From Octopus sinensis (taxonomy: Eukaryota), in the NCBI RefSeq assembly GCF_006345805.1, contig NC_042998.1, forward strand, positions 67,084,001 to 67,148,000: a stretch of 64,000 bases of DNA. Direction: 5' to 3'. The notes beneath the pieces were generated by a model, which worked only from the letters and a program-made list of their open reading frames with translations, searched no databases and was not told the DNA's origin. Position numbers and translations under genes: made by a program. Shown here piece after piece: positions 27,576 through 41,677 of this stretch (within the stretch, counting starts at the first letter, position 1; each line of letters begins with the position of its first letter).

Positions 27576-27881
27576 CAAACGCCAGAACGTAAGCGAGCAA
27601 GACAAATGATAAACTCTTCAGCTAATTGATCTATAACAATCTTTATGAACACCGAAATGAAATATGAAAACATCGGAAAATATGCAGGGGAAAAATCCAT
27701 ATACTTCATACCATTTTAATGGTTGCGCAACAAAATACCGCGTACTTACAAGTCATTAGTATTTACATACCAGCTGCCAGGAATGTATGTAATTTGTAAA
27801 ATTGGTATATCCAATAACCACACACGGCTGTATATAGTGGTTATTTAATCAATGCATTTGGGGATGATTAAAGTGTTAGAT

Positions 27882-27920
27882 GGTGCTGATGAAGGGGCAG
27901 CAACCCCGAAAGATGGCATA
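27882..27920 (+). ncRNA. Degenerate hammerhead motif
   Basis: CTGATGA-A-GGGG-cagcaa-CCCC-GAAA is intact; stem III and the cleavage triplet are not canonical (GAAAGATGG). Confidence 0.4.
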
Positions 27921-30900
27921 TATGCCTGTTAATCATTTTTCATAATCGATCTCATTGTTCGTTTACATCTCACGTCTCTTATGCGCAAAGTCGTAACAAA
28001 AAATCAATCTGGCTGTAAATTCTATAGAATATCTGTAGGGGTATCCTTAACAAGTATAATTTTCTTTAAATCATAGTTATATAACAGTGAGAAGAAGTTC
28101 ATTGAAATTAAACTGAATATTCATAATTTCACAAAGCAGGTAACGCAATTCATTTCTTGAACCGGAACTTTTTAATTGAACGCCCTAATATTATAGAGTT
28201 CCTGTAAACAAATTTTATGCCCAAGCTTATACATTTATTGGAATTTAAAAGGAAGTTTACAGAAATAGATTAATTGGTGTTCTAGCAAATGCTAATCAAA
28301 CCCGAAAGCAAAGTTCCGTTAGTGGAATTTGTTTGATATCCAAATGAACTAGTGTTATATAAACGCACTTCTTAAGAAACTCGGCCGTCGTATAATTATC
28401 TTTGTGTTTTTCAAAATAATTGAGGGAAATCGGATGGAACTAGTTTCCTGTATTATCAATTATCATGTTCACCACACCGCATGTATATTTTGTCTAAATG
28501 ATAATTGTAGTAAAATAATTATGAAGCATATTAATAAATTAATTAATGTTAATGCTACTACTGCAAATAATTATATTTTCTAATTAATGTACATAACTAA
28601 CAATTTAGTGGCGGTGCTAGAATTTTTAAAACACTATCACATGATTGGCCCTTCATTTTAATCATCAATCAGCATCCAAAGCAGAATTTAATTTCTCAAT
28701 GTTATGAGCTGGAATAAATACTGCAAAGCAATTTTTCTGAGCGGAAATGTTTTTATTGCAAATGCAAACTTTTAGAACGACCAAAACTCTTGATTAATGG
28801 AATACATAAATGAAAATATATTAATGGATTATAGACATGTTCTGAACTTATTACAAACGCAACAAATTTTGTATATTGATTATATCCTTTTTCTGATAGA
28901 GATAATTGGAAATTACATATGTTTATATGTGTGTTCATTACTTCCAGACACTTTAACTCTTTATTTTGTCTTTCAGTGTAACTCCACTGACTCTGCAGTG
29001 TCCGTTTTTAACAATTTTCTCTCTCGTATAAGCATTCCCGCCCTCTCGCTTCAGATCAAAAAACAGTTTCATCTATTTATCCTTCCATTATTATATCAGT
29101 CTTAGATACCTAGAAAACGCTCATAGAAGCTACCCTTGTTTCTCAAGAGTTACACACCGTTCAGTTACTTTATTCCAACCCCTCATTCATCGCGCATACC
29201 GACGTATGTGGATTATTCAAACATGTCGATGAAGTTCACTCTAACAGTGAAAATTGTTTCTAAACTCTCTTCGGATCAATTTCAAGTTTTATCTTCAAAG
29301 GTTACATACGGAAATCTAACACATATGGAGAATATCGAGAGATAAACGTTATAACCGAATCTGAATGCTACTTTTCTTTCAATATGGCAGAAGTGTATGA
29401 TGTTACATTGGAGGGTTGGTGGATGATAAAGTATACTGTATCTACATTATACTGAAGATAATAGTATTTCATTGATATATCCACTGGAGGATAATCACCA
29501 GTTTAGTTTTACCCGCCTTACTGTTGATAAGCTAAGAGTACAGTATTTATCGATCAAGCATTTATGTAATTTTCTGTTGGAGTGAATTGAATAAATATCA
29601 TTGGAGTCCAGTTGTTTTCTCATTCCTCTGTTACTAAAATATGCGCAATATTATTTAGCAGATTACCCTGGTATTGTATAGTGTTTTAAGAAACGCATAA
29701 TATAGTGAAGAATATTATTGGTAAAAGAATAAAAAATAAAGATATAAAGTAAGAAACGATATAACATATATTACAGTGAATATGTAAACTGAAGAATGAT
29801 ATCCCCAAAAGAGTCCATGATGTACGAGAGTGTAATTACTAAGAGGAGTGCATTTTGTGATGGTAGGGATGGTGGCGGGGAGGATTAACGGAATATAATT
29901 CTAAAGATATTGAAAGGAAGAGTTAATTTTCTAACGGCCGATATATAACCTCGGAAGATATACTTAACCTTACTAATAAATGTTACAGTTTTGTCTTATG
30001 AATTATTATATGAAAAGCCTTTTCACAAAGGTAAGAGATTATGATGTTATCTCGTTCTTAGCACTGTAACTGAATTAGTAAATTAGTAATATTTGAGCAA
30101 AATCTCCTGTGTGTTGTGTACAGAGATCTGTTTCTCAGTAATGGTGAGAAAACTATGAAGATTCAAAAGATAATTGATTTACTCATCCGAGTTCAAATCC
30201 AATTTAGTCTACTGTATACTGTAGCAGAATAGAAGACAACTGTTTATTAAAATTTTTACTGAGACAATCTAATGACTACTGAGTTCGTAGTCCTTCATTG
30301 GAGTTATCAGAATTAGTAACTTGCTCTCTTAGAAGATGGTCATATTGGATAATGTAATTTTAAAAGCAACAAGTCTGTAATAGGAGCAGTATATTAAACT
30401 CAGAGATATATTATACACTGTATGTGTATTTGATCAGCAACTATTGAGATAACGTATGTGAATCTCTCCGTTGGCAATAAAACAACGCTAATGGGTCAAA
30501 CGACGAAGGATGCTGCCTAGTTATTATTAACAGACTACGGAATTTTATATTCCATATATTAATGTGATGCTCATATTTTTCGAAGGACATGTAGAGTAAA
30601 TGAAGTATAATGAGAGTAGATAAGAAGCGAGTCATGATCCCGACTTAGTCGTTTATCTCTGTTACCATATTACATGCAGTAATCTCAGTTCATATAAAAG
30701 ATCGTTTGATGCTAACTATATAGAGTATATATTGCGATGAAGAATATCAAGATCGAATAATGATAGGATATATGTTATCATCCCTAATTTATCAGCAAAT
30801 CTCTTCTTCAATTCTGTTTTATTATCAAATTTATTCACATTGTTAATATATTTCAACGATGGCATTTATTTCTGCTGCCGAGTAAGATATCTAGCAATGG

Positions 30901-32269
30901 AATACTGTAAATGATATTGTTTACTTGATAGTCACATGCAGAGCGAAGGAATAAAGTGTGGTTGGCGATCAAATGACAAAACTGTTTAATGGTCTGATGC
31001 TGAATATTCGAGTTTTTCAAGTTGAATTGGACAGAGAGAGAGACAGAGAAAGAGAGGGAGGGGAGGGAGGGAGAAACAGTATGCTATTACAGGCCGCACG
31101 TTGATTAAACAGACTCCTTGTCACTCGTATATATAATTTCTTGTGCACCTTTACGAAGATATGAACTGGCGATAGAAGAGTAAAATCTCTTAAATATATA
31201 CATTGGATGCTTTTTGGACCTCTGAAACTTACATATGGACAATTTTCAGCATAGGATAACTTCTCCTATTAAAATGGTGGATACTGAGTTTGTAGAGTAA
31301 GTTGAAGGAGTTGTGTTTTAAGTTTAGTTGTTTGTATGTAAAAGTACTAGTGTAGATTGAAATAGCGTTATAAGAGCTGTTACTTGGAGATATGACGTTA
31401 GAGATGTTGGTTAATTTTGTGGTGTAGTTTGAAGCTTTATACATTAAATTTACAGTGTAGGCTGACGCTATGTTGTAAGAGGCGTATACTAAAGGAGTCG
31501 TGCAGTTTGAAGACTTCATGTAACATAGAGATGTTGAGAAGATTGAAGATGCAGATTTAGGTTATGGTGTAGGTGTTGGGGATTCTAATAGTGGTACACA
31601 TTAAATTTACATTGTCGAATGAAGCTGCGGTAAAAGTAGTTGATATCAGATTAAGTTCAGATGTAGGTAGGTGTAAATGATGGTGGTTGAAGTTATGATT
31701 TAGTTATCATCTAGTTAAAGGCTGTTTAAAAATGGGTTAAGTTGAGATCATGATGTTGACTGAAGATGTGTACTTACCATGTAGCTTTCTCCAACATTTT
31801 CCAAAGCGAAGTTGTCATATAGAGCCCTTTTTACATTGGGACTAATTGTTCGTGGAGGGATTTACTAGTACAGAACATTAGTGACAAGAAATACTGATCT
31901 TGTAGTGGATAAAAAGTAAAATCCACTCTAAGTTTCGGGAAGAGAGTTGGTCAGTATACAATATCATAATGATATCTTAAAATTTGAGATGCTAAAGGAA
32001 CAGATGCATATTTAGACATACCCATTACGTGATTACATACAATAAACTTCCAATCTGAAATGATATGAAGTTTAAATCTTTCTGTTCTACAGCCTAGATG
32101 AAAATGGAATGACCAATGGAATCTTGACATATTAAGTTCATACCAGGCATGAAGTGTCAATGATACTGGGTGTTTGGTATCGAATGCATAGAGATTTTTC
32201 ATTGGATGTTTAGACATATTAGACAATTGGGTTTAAAGATATATATATAACACATGGATGTGAAGTGTT

Positions 32270-32450
32270 CGAACTCGGAGAAAAGTCGGCACGCGGGTAA
32301 AATGCTTCGTAGCATTTTGTCCGCATTTACTTTCTGAGTTCGAATTCTGTCGCAGTCGATTTCGCCTTTTATCCTTTCGAAGTAGATGAAATAAAAACCG
32401 GGTGAGCACTGGGATCAATGTATATCGATTTCCCCTTCCCAAAATGTGAA
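32270..32450 (+). mobile_element. tRNA-derived SINE family B, diverged
   Basis: GGCACGCGGGTAAAATGCT...CTGAGTTCGAATTC...GTCGATTTCGCC...GAGCACTGGGATCAATG. Confidence 0.7.
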
Positions 32451-32453
32451 ACC

Positions 32454-32501
<48 letters not shown>

Positions 32502-32519
32502 GTTATATATATATATATA

Positions 32520-32720
32520 TATAAATAGTAGAAGTTTACAGAAAAACAAAGACGAAGACAGGTGTATGAACAAGAGGCAGGTGTATTAGTTTGACGATCA
32601 GGGAATTGAGAAAGTATTTTATGTTTCGAGCCTACGCTCTTCAACAGATAGGAATAAGAGAAAATAAACAGACAGAAATAAAACAAAAAAACTTGGGGAT
32701 GTATCGGGCAAGCATGGCGA
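32520..32720 (-). mobile_element. Penelope-pLTR-like repeat with degenerate HHR (32612-32650)
   Basis: Minus strand CTGTTGA-A-GAGC-gtag-GCTC-GAAAC-ATA. Stem II is perfect; A6 is U and stem III is broken. Confidence 0.5.
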
Positions 32721-32938
32721 GTGATTGCCTGTAGAATAAAACGGGATATTGAATGGTAGTATATTTTGTATCAGCTTATTTAGAGTATGTTTACAGTATT
32801 TTGCTACGATTATTATCATCATTATCACTATTACTACCACTACTACTCACATGATTATTACTATTATTGTAAATAATGATCTATTGTTCTATTATTTAAT
32901 TTGCAAATTTTATAATGATATTACATAAAATTTTATAC

Positions 32939-32995
<57 letters not shown>

Positions 32996-33009
32996 ATATA
33001 TATACATAT

Positions 33010-33294
33010 AATTGCAACGTGGAAGGTGTTTACAGGCCATATAAAACACAGAAAAACCATTAGGTTCCCTTCAACATTTAAATTGAATTTGTTAAAATAC
33101 TTCTGTCGTTTTGAAACCGTGACTTGTTCATTGACAAAATTCCGTGCTCCACGGAATTTGGCCAGTGATCAGATCTCGAAAATATTTTGACAAATTTAAT
33201 TTCAATGGTGAAAATATTTAACTTAAATGTTGAAGTGAACCTAGGAGTTTTGTTTGTCTTTAAATGGCTTATACGCACCTTCTACGTTGCAATT
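33010..33294. mobile_element. Imperfect ~285-bp palindromic element with two outward-facing HHR-like motifs
   Basis: Ends AATTGCAACGT...ACGTTGCAATT; central hairpin AAATTCCGTG-ctc-CACGGAATTT; HHR-like motifs at 33155-33196 (+) and 33086-33141 (-). Confidence 0.75.
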
Positions 33295-33514
33295 GTTCTT
33301 GTTTCAGCACACAATCACAGATCACGTCACCTGCTATGCAAGGAAATCTCCGTAATAGATATACATATATGGAAATATAGTTATATATAGATACATAGAA
33401 ATATAGTTAAATATCGAAAGATAGATAGGAATATAGTTATATATATATTGATAGATAGATAATGTATATATTATTACTAATATAATCATTTGCATTTTAA
33501 TTTTAATTATACTT

Positions 33515-33615
33515 AAGGTGGCGAGCTGGCAGAATCGCTCGCACGCAGGTCAAAATGCATAGCGGCATTTCATCCGTCATTATGTTCCGAGTTCAAATTC
33601 TGCCGGTGTTGAGTG
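33515..33615 (+). mobile_element. tRNA-derived SINE family B head
   Basis: GGCGAGCTGGCAGAATCG ... CCGAGTTCAAATTCTGCC. Confidence 0.8.
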
Positions 33616-33794
33616 CTGGAGTTCATGTAATCAATTAGCCACTGCTCCAAAATTTATAGAGCGCTGGCGATGTGCTGGGACAGCATAGCCAAGGAGTTGG
33701 CTATGGAAATTGCACATTTCACGCTTACTTTTAGATCCAGCAATCTAGTTTCGTTCGCTAGAGGAGACAGGATGGCATATATATATATATAATA

Positions 33795-33801
33795 TAGATA
33801 G

Positions 33802-33860
<59 letters not shown>
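33795..33860. repeat. (GATA)n microsatellite
   Basis: Visible tract. Confidence 0.95.
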
Positions 33861-33861
<1 letters not shown>

Positions 33862-34096
33862 AATGTTAATCTTTCGACTATCACGTGTGGTACGTTCATA
33901 CGTTCCAAACACCTCACTTTACGTGAACATCCGTGAAGTGGAAACAATACTGTATTATTAAGTTAGCCATGGGCTGGACCAATCTTTGGTCGAAACATAT
34001 CTAAGTTTATCTAAGTTTATATATATATCTTTTCATTATTTTTATAATTTGTATCTATTTATTATAGTTGAATTGCGACATGGCGTGGGATTACTG

Positions 34097-34153
<57 letters not shown>

Positions 34154-34164
34154 ATATATATTTT

Positions 34165-34205
<41 letters not shown>

Positions 34206-35410
34206 ATATACCTACATATGGTAAACATTTTTTCCTACCTGGAAATTTGAAGCATAATCATGAAACATGATTTTTTTTGTGCTGTATTTATACACCCTCA
34301 CATTAAGTAGTGTTAAACTGTTGCAAACAAGACGTGGATTTTGCATAGGTAGATTAATTTACAACACATTTCTTTGAGTGAAATAGATATTCAATTGAAA
34401 CACCATCTGTATTATTTTTGCCAATTAAGCAACATCTGGAAATAAAATGTTTATAAATTTGCTATAATCAAGAAATGATTAATAAACAGATTCCCAGGTG
34501 TTCCTTCACTACGGGAAATCTAGCTTTCAATTTGATGTCAGAAAGAGAGGTGGAGAAGAGAGAGGAAGAGAGAGAGAGAGAGGGAGCGAGAGAGAGAGAG
34601 GGGGGAAGATGACCTGAGAGAAGTGTTACTTGAAGTAAAGTTGTGGTGTTTTGCAAATATTTTTGTGTAATATATATTTAGATAACCATATTAACTTCGG
34701 ATAAATATGTTTTATTGGGTAAGGAAAAGGTTATAAGCAGGTTGAATTGAGCGACGTTTCAAAATAGAAAATACCTTAAAATATATCCATATGCCATATA
34801 TACAGGTTTACTTTGTGGTGAAATATAATACTTCAATGTGATCAATATAACTTTGTTTAGACAGAATGTTGTGTTATTTGTTTTCTGTACAATGCAATGA
34901 AAAGATGAGATGGACGAAGTGTCTATCAAATGAAATCGTGTCACCTGAATGTAATCCGTGTTTATAGCATATTTGGGTCCTTCAATATAAATACCCAATG
35001 TTACGTGATATGTAGATATAATCAAGATTAACAACGCACAGCGCAAAGAAGAAAACAATGCAAAATCAATAATCATTCTTCTCTAAACTTAAATGGATTT
35101 TTTTAATACCGTGATGTGATAAGGGATGGATGAACCAAATGCTTAGAGAAAAAAGTTAACCACTAGCTCTATAAATTAAATTATGTTGCATACATTATAA
35201 TAACTTTAGCAGATATCAAAAAATAGTTTCCTAAATCAGAAACTGGAAAATACATTATGCTTTGAACAAATGATGTATCGCCATAGTTGCGTTACTATAG
35301 TTGGATAATTCCTTGATATTATGGAGATGAATATTATTTACCCCTTAAGTAAGGTAACTACTGCTATAAAATAAAAGTGAAATAATATAGATAGATATAA
35401 ACAGTGTTAA

Positions 35411-35955
35411 TACGAGGGTGAGCCAAAAAAGTAATGCCAAAGTAATTACCAGCACAAGAACTTGCATCATACATCAAAATGTAGCTGGTCTTCTGTGGAT
35501 CACATCGCTGCTTCTCAACATAATCACGGTTTCTCTCAATAGCAATGATCCACCTTCGAATGAGAGCATGTATCCCTGCCCCGTAAAGTTCTGTTGAATG
35601 TTCTTTGGGTCACTTCTTCACTACGTCCACAAACACCAGATTTAGCGCCTTCAGATTATCATCTCTTCGGAGCCACGAAAGAGGTTTTGAGAGGCAAAAT
35701 TATTCCAGTGACAAGGAAGTGACAACTGTAGTGAAGAAGTGGCTCAAAGAACTGCCAACAAAATTTTAGGGAGCAGGGATACATACTCACATTCGTAGGT
35801 GGATCATTGCTATTGAGAGAAATGGTGAATATGTTGAGGAGTAGGGATGTGGTCCATAGATGACCAGCTTCATTTTGATGTATGAGACATATTCCTGTGT
35901 TGGTAATTGTACCTGTCCTAAACAAAATGGCATTACTTTTTGACTCATCCTCGTA
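35411..35955 (+). mobile_element. Non-autonomous mariner derivative with TA target-site duplication and long inverted arms
   Basis: TA-CGAGGGTGAGCCAAAAAAGTAATGCC ... GGCATTACTTTTTGACTCATCCTCG-TA. Internal transposase C-terminus PDLAPSDYHLFGATKEVLRGK..KKWL..RRWIIAIERNGEYVEE. Confidence 0.9.
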
Positions 35956-36097
35956 CAATGAACAATAACAAAACAGCACAGGAAGGACTGGATTTTGACC
36001 TCACAATAAAGAAGGTGACATAACGAGTCATACATTTGAGCACTTATAAATACACACACACTCACACACCACACACTCACACAAACACACAACACAC

Positions 36098-36148
<51 letters not shown>

Positions 36149-36787
36149 TATATAATATATATATATATATATATATGCACACACACATATAACTCGGTAG
36201 ACTCACATCCTTCAGGTGATTCAGTAAGAAAATTCACACTTTGTGCAAAACTTCTTGATATGTACTAATTACGAAGTGACGAAATTAGCAGCTACTTTGA
36301 TAATACCGATTAGTACTTACATCAATTCCATAGAGAATATTTATAGTCTCAGGATGTCAGTTCAGTAATAATACTTCGATTTAAAACAATATCTAGAAAG
36401 AAAAAGAAAAAAACAAGTAATTGACTATCGTATAGAACAGTTTTATCTTTCGAAATTACAAAATCGCTATGTCATAAGAATGATTTAGAAAGTGCGGTCC
36501 TTTTTTCCGACTTGTACTTACTCGTACCTACTCTTGTTTCAAGTTCTGCTGCAGTTGATGATTTTTTAAAAAACCTACTGGCTCGATAAAGGATTACCAC
36601 TGAAGTAATGATTTGGTTAATGTCGAATAAAGTCCACCTCTATAAACTGCCAAATTTTTGCCTAAGTCTTCTGAAGTTATAAACTACTACTTCTACTCTA
36701 GTGCATTCTGAGCTGAGTTCTTGCGCAACATCGTATAACCTGTTCAAACTAGGAGTGATAATAGTTATGACGTAACTTTTCTTTTGT

Positions 36788-37074
36788 AATTCCTTTTATT
36801 CTTTTATTTGTTTCAGTCATTTGTCTATGGCCATGCTGGAGCACCACCTTTAGTCGAGCAAATCGACCCCAGGACTTACTTATTCTTTGTAAGCCTAGTA
36901 CTTATATTATCGGTGTCTTCTGCCGAACTGCTAAGTTTCGGGGACGTAAATGCACCAACATCGATTGTCAAGCGATGGTGGGGGGACAAACGTACACACA
37001 GACACACACACATACACACGCACACAAATATAAAAATATTATACATATATATATATGTATATACACACACACAT

Positions 37075-37130
<56 letters not shown>

Positions 37131-37157
37131 CTTGGATTTTTATCTCATCCTGAAAAG

Positions 37158-37210
<53 letters not shown>

Positions 37211-37385
37211 ACGGGCTTCTTTCAGTTTCAGTCTACCAAATCCATAAATCCACTCGCAAGTCTCTGGTCAGCCTGAGGCTATAGTAGATGACATGACATC
37301 TGCCGAAGGTTCCACGCAGTGGGTCTGAACCCCAAACCATTTGGTTGGGAAGCAAGCTTCTTACCACACAGCCACGCCTCTGCCT
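36788..37385 (-). mobile_element. tRNA-derived SINE family A with long internal (AT)n
   Basis: Same head and tail as 10212-10642 and 22756-23140. Confidence 0.85.
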
Positions 37386-38546
37386 ATATATGTATGTTAG
37401 TTGCTTTGTGCTAGTGCTTTTTCTTTCAACCATCAATGCTTGAACATTGGTGTCGATGTCTTTACGATCTCGTGATACTTGCGGTTCTGCAAAAAAGGAG
37501 GCTGGTAAAATAAGTTCCTCGCTCTGAAAAATATACATTGAGGTCGATCTCTTTACACACACATATTCAGGAACATACATACTTACATATATATAGATAT
37601 ACACACACACATATGCATATATATACATTTGTATATATATGTGTGTGTGCGTATATACATAAATATATATATATATATTATATATATATGCAATGACTAT
37701 TCAGAGCATTGATTGTTTGGTACTGCCACTAGACTTGTTCAGTCAACCGTATCAGCCTTAACTTACAACACTAAACAACTTTTATTTCCATGCACACACA
37801 AACGTACATATATACATACACACACACACATATTTTATAACAAATGTCTTCACCGATAGACGATACTAGACTATAAATCTTTAATTGTGCAAGCGCCAAG
37901 TCAGCATTAATTACATCAAAATATCACGAAACCTGTGTGTGGCATTTTAATTTTAAATCCGGCATTGGTTGTTAATCAGTTATGAAATTATTCCAAAATT
38001 ACCAAAAGTTTATAGCAAAAGGCGCTGAGAGATCGTCATTGCTACTGTTTATTTTGAGAATGAGATTTTGAAAGATTCGAAATGTAAGACTAACAGATAT
38101 AAGAGTGTTATTGTTTCAACCTAAATAAAAGGAATAATAAGTAGCCAATAAACGTCCTTTATGAAATAATCTGACTTGAAGACAGTCGTGTTTCAATATA
38201 AGTATCTGTGCAAAGATTCCGTTAAATATTCTATTCATAATAATTAACACTAACCTACATAATTTTGATTGAATAATGGAATTCTATGATTAATTAGTTT
38301 GGGGAGACGATATATATAGTTGACGTCATAGCATATCTAGATTATAGTGCCAGAGGATAAACAAAATAATTAATGAATGGTGTCAATATAATATAACAAT
38401 CATGATATATTGGCACCGATCGGCGCCTCTGAGGTAAAAGGTGACAGTTTAATTCACAAAATATTTTACGTTGATTAAGTACTTTATTAATGCGATTACG
38501 TGATTTATTGTTGTCGCTTTTTTTCCAAATTTCCTTAGTTATCACG

Positions 38547-38594
<48 letters not shown>

Positions 38595-38671
38595 CAGTCG
38601 AGATGAATAGGAGAGTTTTCAGTACAAACATGAACACACGCACATACACACACACATTTGTATATATATTT

Positions 38672-40225
38672 AGGACAGTAATGATGCTAAGGTATTCAAA
38701 AGATCAGAGCATCCGGGAAAACCCTTCAAACGTACGAACAGGGAGGAAATGAAAAGCGGAAGAGGCAGTAAACAGGGCAATCGGAAAACAAACGCACGCA
38801 GATATAGTCGGAGCGACGCATATATAGTAGGATCGCACAATTTCAGGCCATTTTGCAAGAGCAGTATAAAAGAGATGAAAGAGGCAGTGGTATACGAAGT
38901 GAGAAAGGAGGAACAAGGATGGCGAAATGTACATTTGGTGCAATGTAGTCAACAGGGATAGTGCTTGAGATGGGAGGAATATGTGATCAGCCGCAGAATA
39001 TCATGGATGGAACTTTGGGCTTGGGAACAAGCAAGAACATCCTTCCAGATCAAGTCTACCTTCAACGTTCTACCCTCACGGGCGAACATATTCTGTTGGT
39101 ACATAAACAAAAACGATGAATGTAGATGCGGAGAGAAAGCGACGGTTAGACATCTTCTGTCAAACTGCAGACTAGCATTAGAAAGATATACATGGCGTCA
39201 TATTCAAGTCCTCGGTTTCATAAGCGCAACACTTAAGGAGAAGATCGAGAAGTACAATAGGGGAGGGTATCCAAAAGTAGAAAAGCGCAGGAAAGTATAC
39301 TTCCAGAAGGAGGGAAAAGGATATAAAACCAGACCTACAAGTAAAATATACGAGATAGACGAAAGATGGAAGGAATACTGGGAGGTGGCCACGGATTTGG
39401 AAAGACAAGTAATATTTCCGCTAATAAAAACGACAGAAAGACTAGATTTAGTCCTATGGAACAGAGAACCGAGAATAGGAATTTTGCTAGAACTGACAGT
39501 GCCATGGGAAGAGAACATCGGCAATGTAGAGGAACGAAAGAAGAAGTACGAAAAACTAATCGAAGAGTGCAGAGAACAGGGATGGACTGTCGAATATTAC
39601 CACCTGGCAGTGAGGGCTAGAGGCTTCATTGAAAGAAAAATGACAACGCTATTCAAAAGAAGATTTGTTTTTTCTAGCACCGAGCTGCGAAAACTAAAAA
39701 GGAGAGTACAGGAGGTGGTCGAAAAAGCCAGCTTCTATATATGGATGAAGCAGGAAGACCAAAAATGGCTTGAAATTCATAACATGCCGGCGGGAAATAT
39801 CATCGCTAGATGAGACAAGCTGACACTGAATTAGCTTCGCGGACTGACAGGTTACAGTCGTTTAGAGAATGCGTGAGCTAAGACTACGCGCCTTCATTGG
39901 CCAGTTAAAGTTGAGACAGTGTCACGTGACAACTTCCTGGGGCTGCCTGCTGGAGATGTAGCAGGTATTTAAAGGGACAAATTTGACAAGTCAGACGCTC
40001 GCCCGCTGACACTCGTTGACGCTACATCGAAGAGGCCAAGGAACAGAAGAAAGAGAACATGCACCCAACACCAGAGCTGAAGATACCTCTGAAAGGGGGT
40101 GCCCGCCACGTCAAAACGGTAGAGGAATAGAGGTTCCTCCTGATGATGTCTTGGGCTAACTGGATCCTCTAAAGAAGCTGTTGTGGTAGCAGCCCACGAA
40201 GCACGGTTGTAATTCGCCCATCTAC
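38672..40225 (+). mobile_element. HERO-like RLE non-LTR retrotransposon, 5'-truncated copy 2 with longer 3' UTR
   Basis: Colinear with copy 1 from about 11968 onward. ORF 38965-39813 (282 aa) contains CRCGEKATVRHLLSNC and ILLELTVPWEEN..KKYEKL; stop at 38959-38961. Confidence 0.9.
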
Positions 40226-40406
40226 TCATAATATTCAATATACACGTATGTGTGCATATATTTATGCATGTATGTTTGTGCGTTTTTGTACGAAGAGGGA
40301 GAAAGAGTGAGCACTATTAAATTATGATCGACTCTTCATCATACGTTGTTTTTTATGTGGATAGGTTCATGTGTTTCAGTGAAGGTTTGCTCACATGTAT
40401 GTTACG

Positions 40407-40438
<32 letters not shown>

Positions 40439-40758
40439 GGCAGCTCTATTTCTGGCTTTATACCACGTAAAGAAAACAGTGTTGCAGAAATGTACGCAAC
40501 ACGTGTGGTGCAAATATACAGAGCACGTGTATATGCGTAGCTTAAGTATATCTACTCTATAAAAAATAAAGATATTAAGCATTTTATGCATAATAATCAG
40601 ACTAATCTTCATAATTTTATTGAAGTAGGTTCACATTTTGATGAGAGTAAAATGCTGCTATCGATGTGGGCACTGACTACCTTCCTTACTTAAGCGGCAC
40701 GTCCCTGATACATACATACATAGACATACATACATACATACATACATACATACATACA

Positions 40759-40791
<33 letters not shown>

Positions 40792-41009
40792 GAATCTTAC
40801 CTCCAGCCAACCTATACACCCCTCATCCCAAAGCATAGAATTACAAATTATAAATAGTATCATTCAGTCTGGAATAATGACACGCGTCTCCGTTGAGTGC
40901 TCATCCATTTACACGTTAATTTCAAGAAAAAGCCGTTCCGTTGATCACATCATCTGGAACCCTTATCACCGTAACCTACAGTGCGCCAGTTCATATGTAA
41001 GTGTGTGTG

Positions 41010-41066
<57 letters not shown>

Positions 41067-41677
41067 TATATATATAATATATAAGTATATATGTATGTTT
41101 GTTTACAGAAATACATAGATAGAGGTATAACTATTTATGTACATATAAATCAGTATAAATCGCATAAAAGAAACAAGTTAGTGTCTAGTATTATTAATTT
41201 CGACAACAAAGACGAATAAATGCATATTATGTAGCTTACAGGATACATTCGAGATTTATTAAAAATTAATATTAGATATTGAAACATTAAACATATTCGC
41301 AGTTGATTTTGGATGAGAAGGGGATATAACCGTAGCAATAAAAAATTAACCGTTATTGTCATGCCATTAAATAAATGATAATCCATTCATCTGGAGAAAG
41401 ATGACAGCAGAGTTTTTACATCAATAGACATCATCAGCTCAGTAGTGCTCGCAGCATAAATGAGACTACGATATACTAAACTATATAGTATATTTATAAC
41501 GCAGGCTAATGTTCGTGTATACATGTGTATGTGCGTCCGTGTGCGTGTGTGTGTATATATATATATATGCGTGTGTGTATCTTTGAGTGTGTTTATGTAT
41601 ATGTATTTATATACATATATATGTATGTGTGTATGTATATATATATATATATATATAATATAATATATATATATATA

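Noticed and set aside
28975-29350. Possible old LINE remnant (FNNFLSRISIPALS...)
   Set aside because: Resemblance to L1/Tx1 ORF2 is too weak to support without a profile search.
31229-31900. Possible third, highly decayed Penelope relic on the minus strand
   Set aside because: Only a vague PP..S.NVK similarity; no diagnostic motif is intact.
33675-33725. 9-bp hairpin CATAGCCAA-ggag-TTGGCTATG followed by GAAA
   Set aside because: The upstream core CTGGGACA does not fit CUGANGA or a 3-8 covariant; probably an ordinary hairpin.
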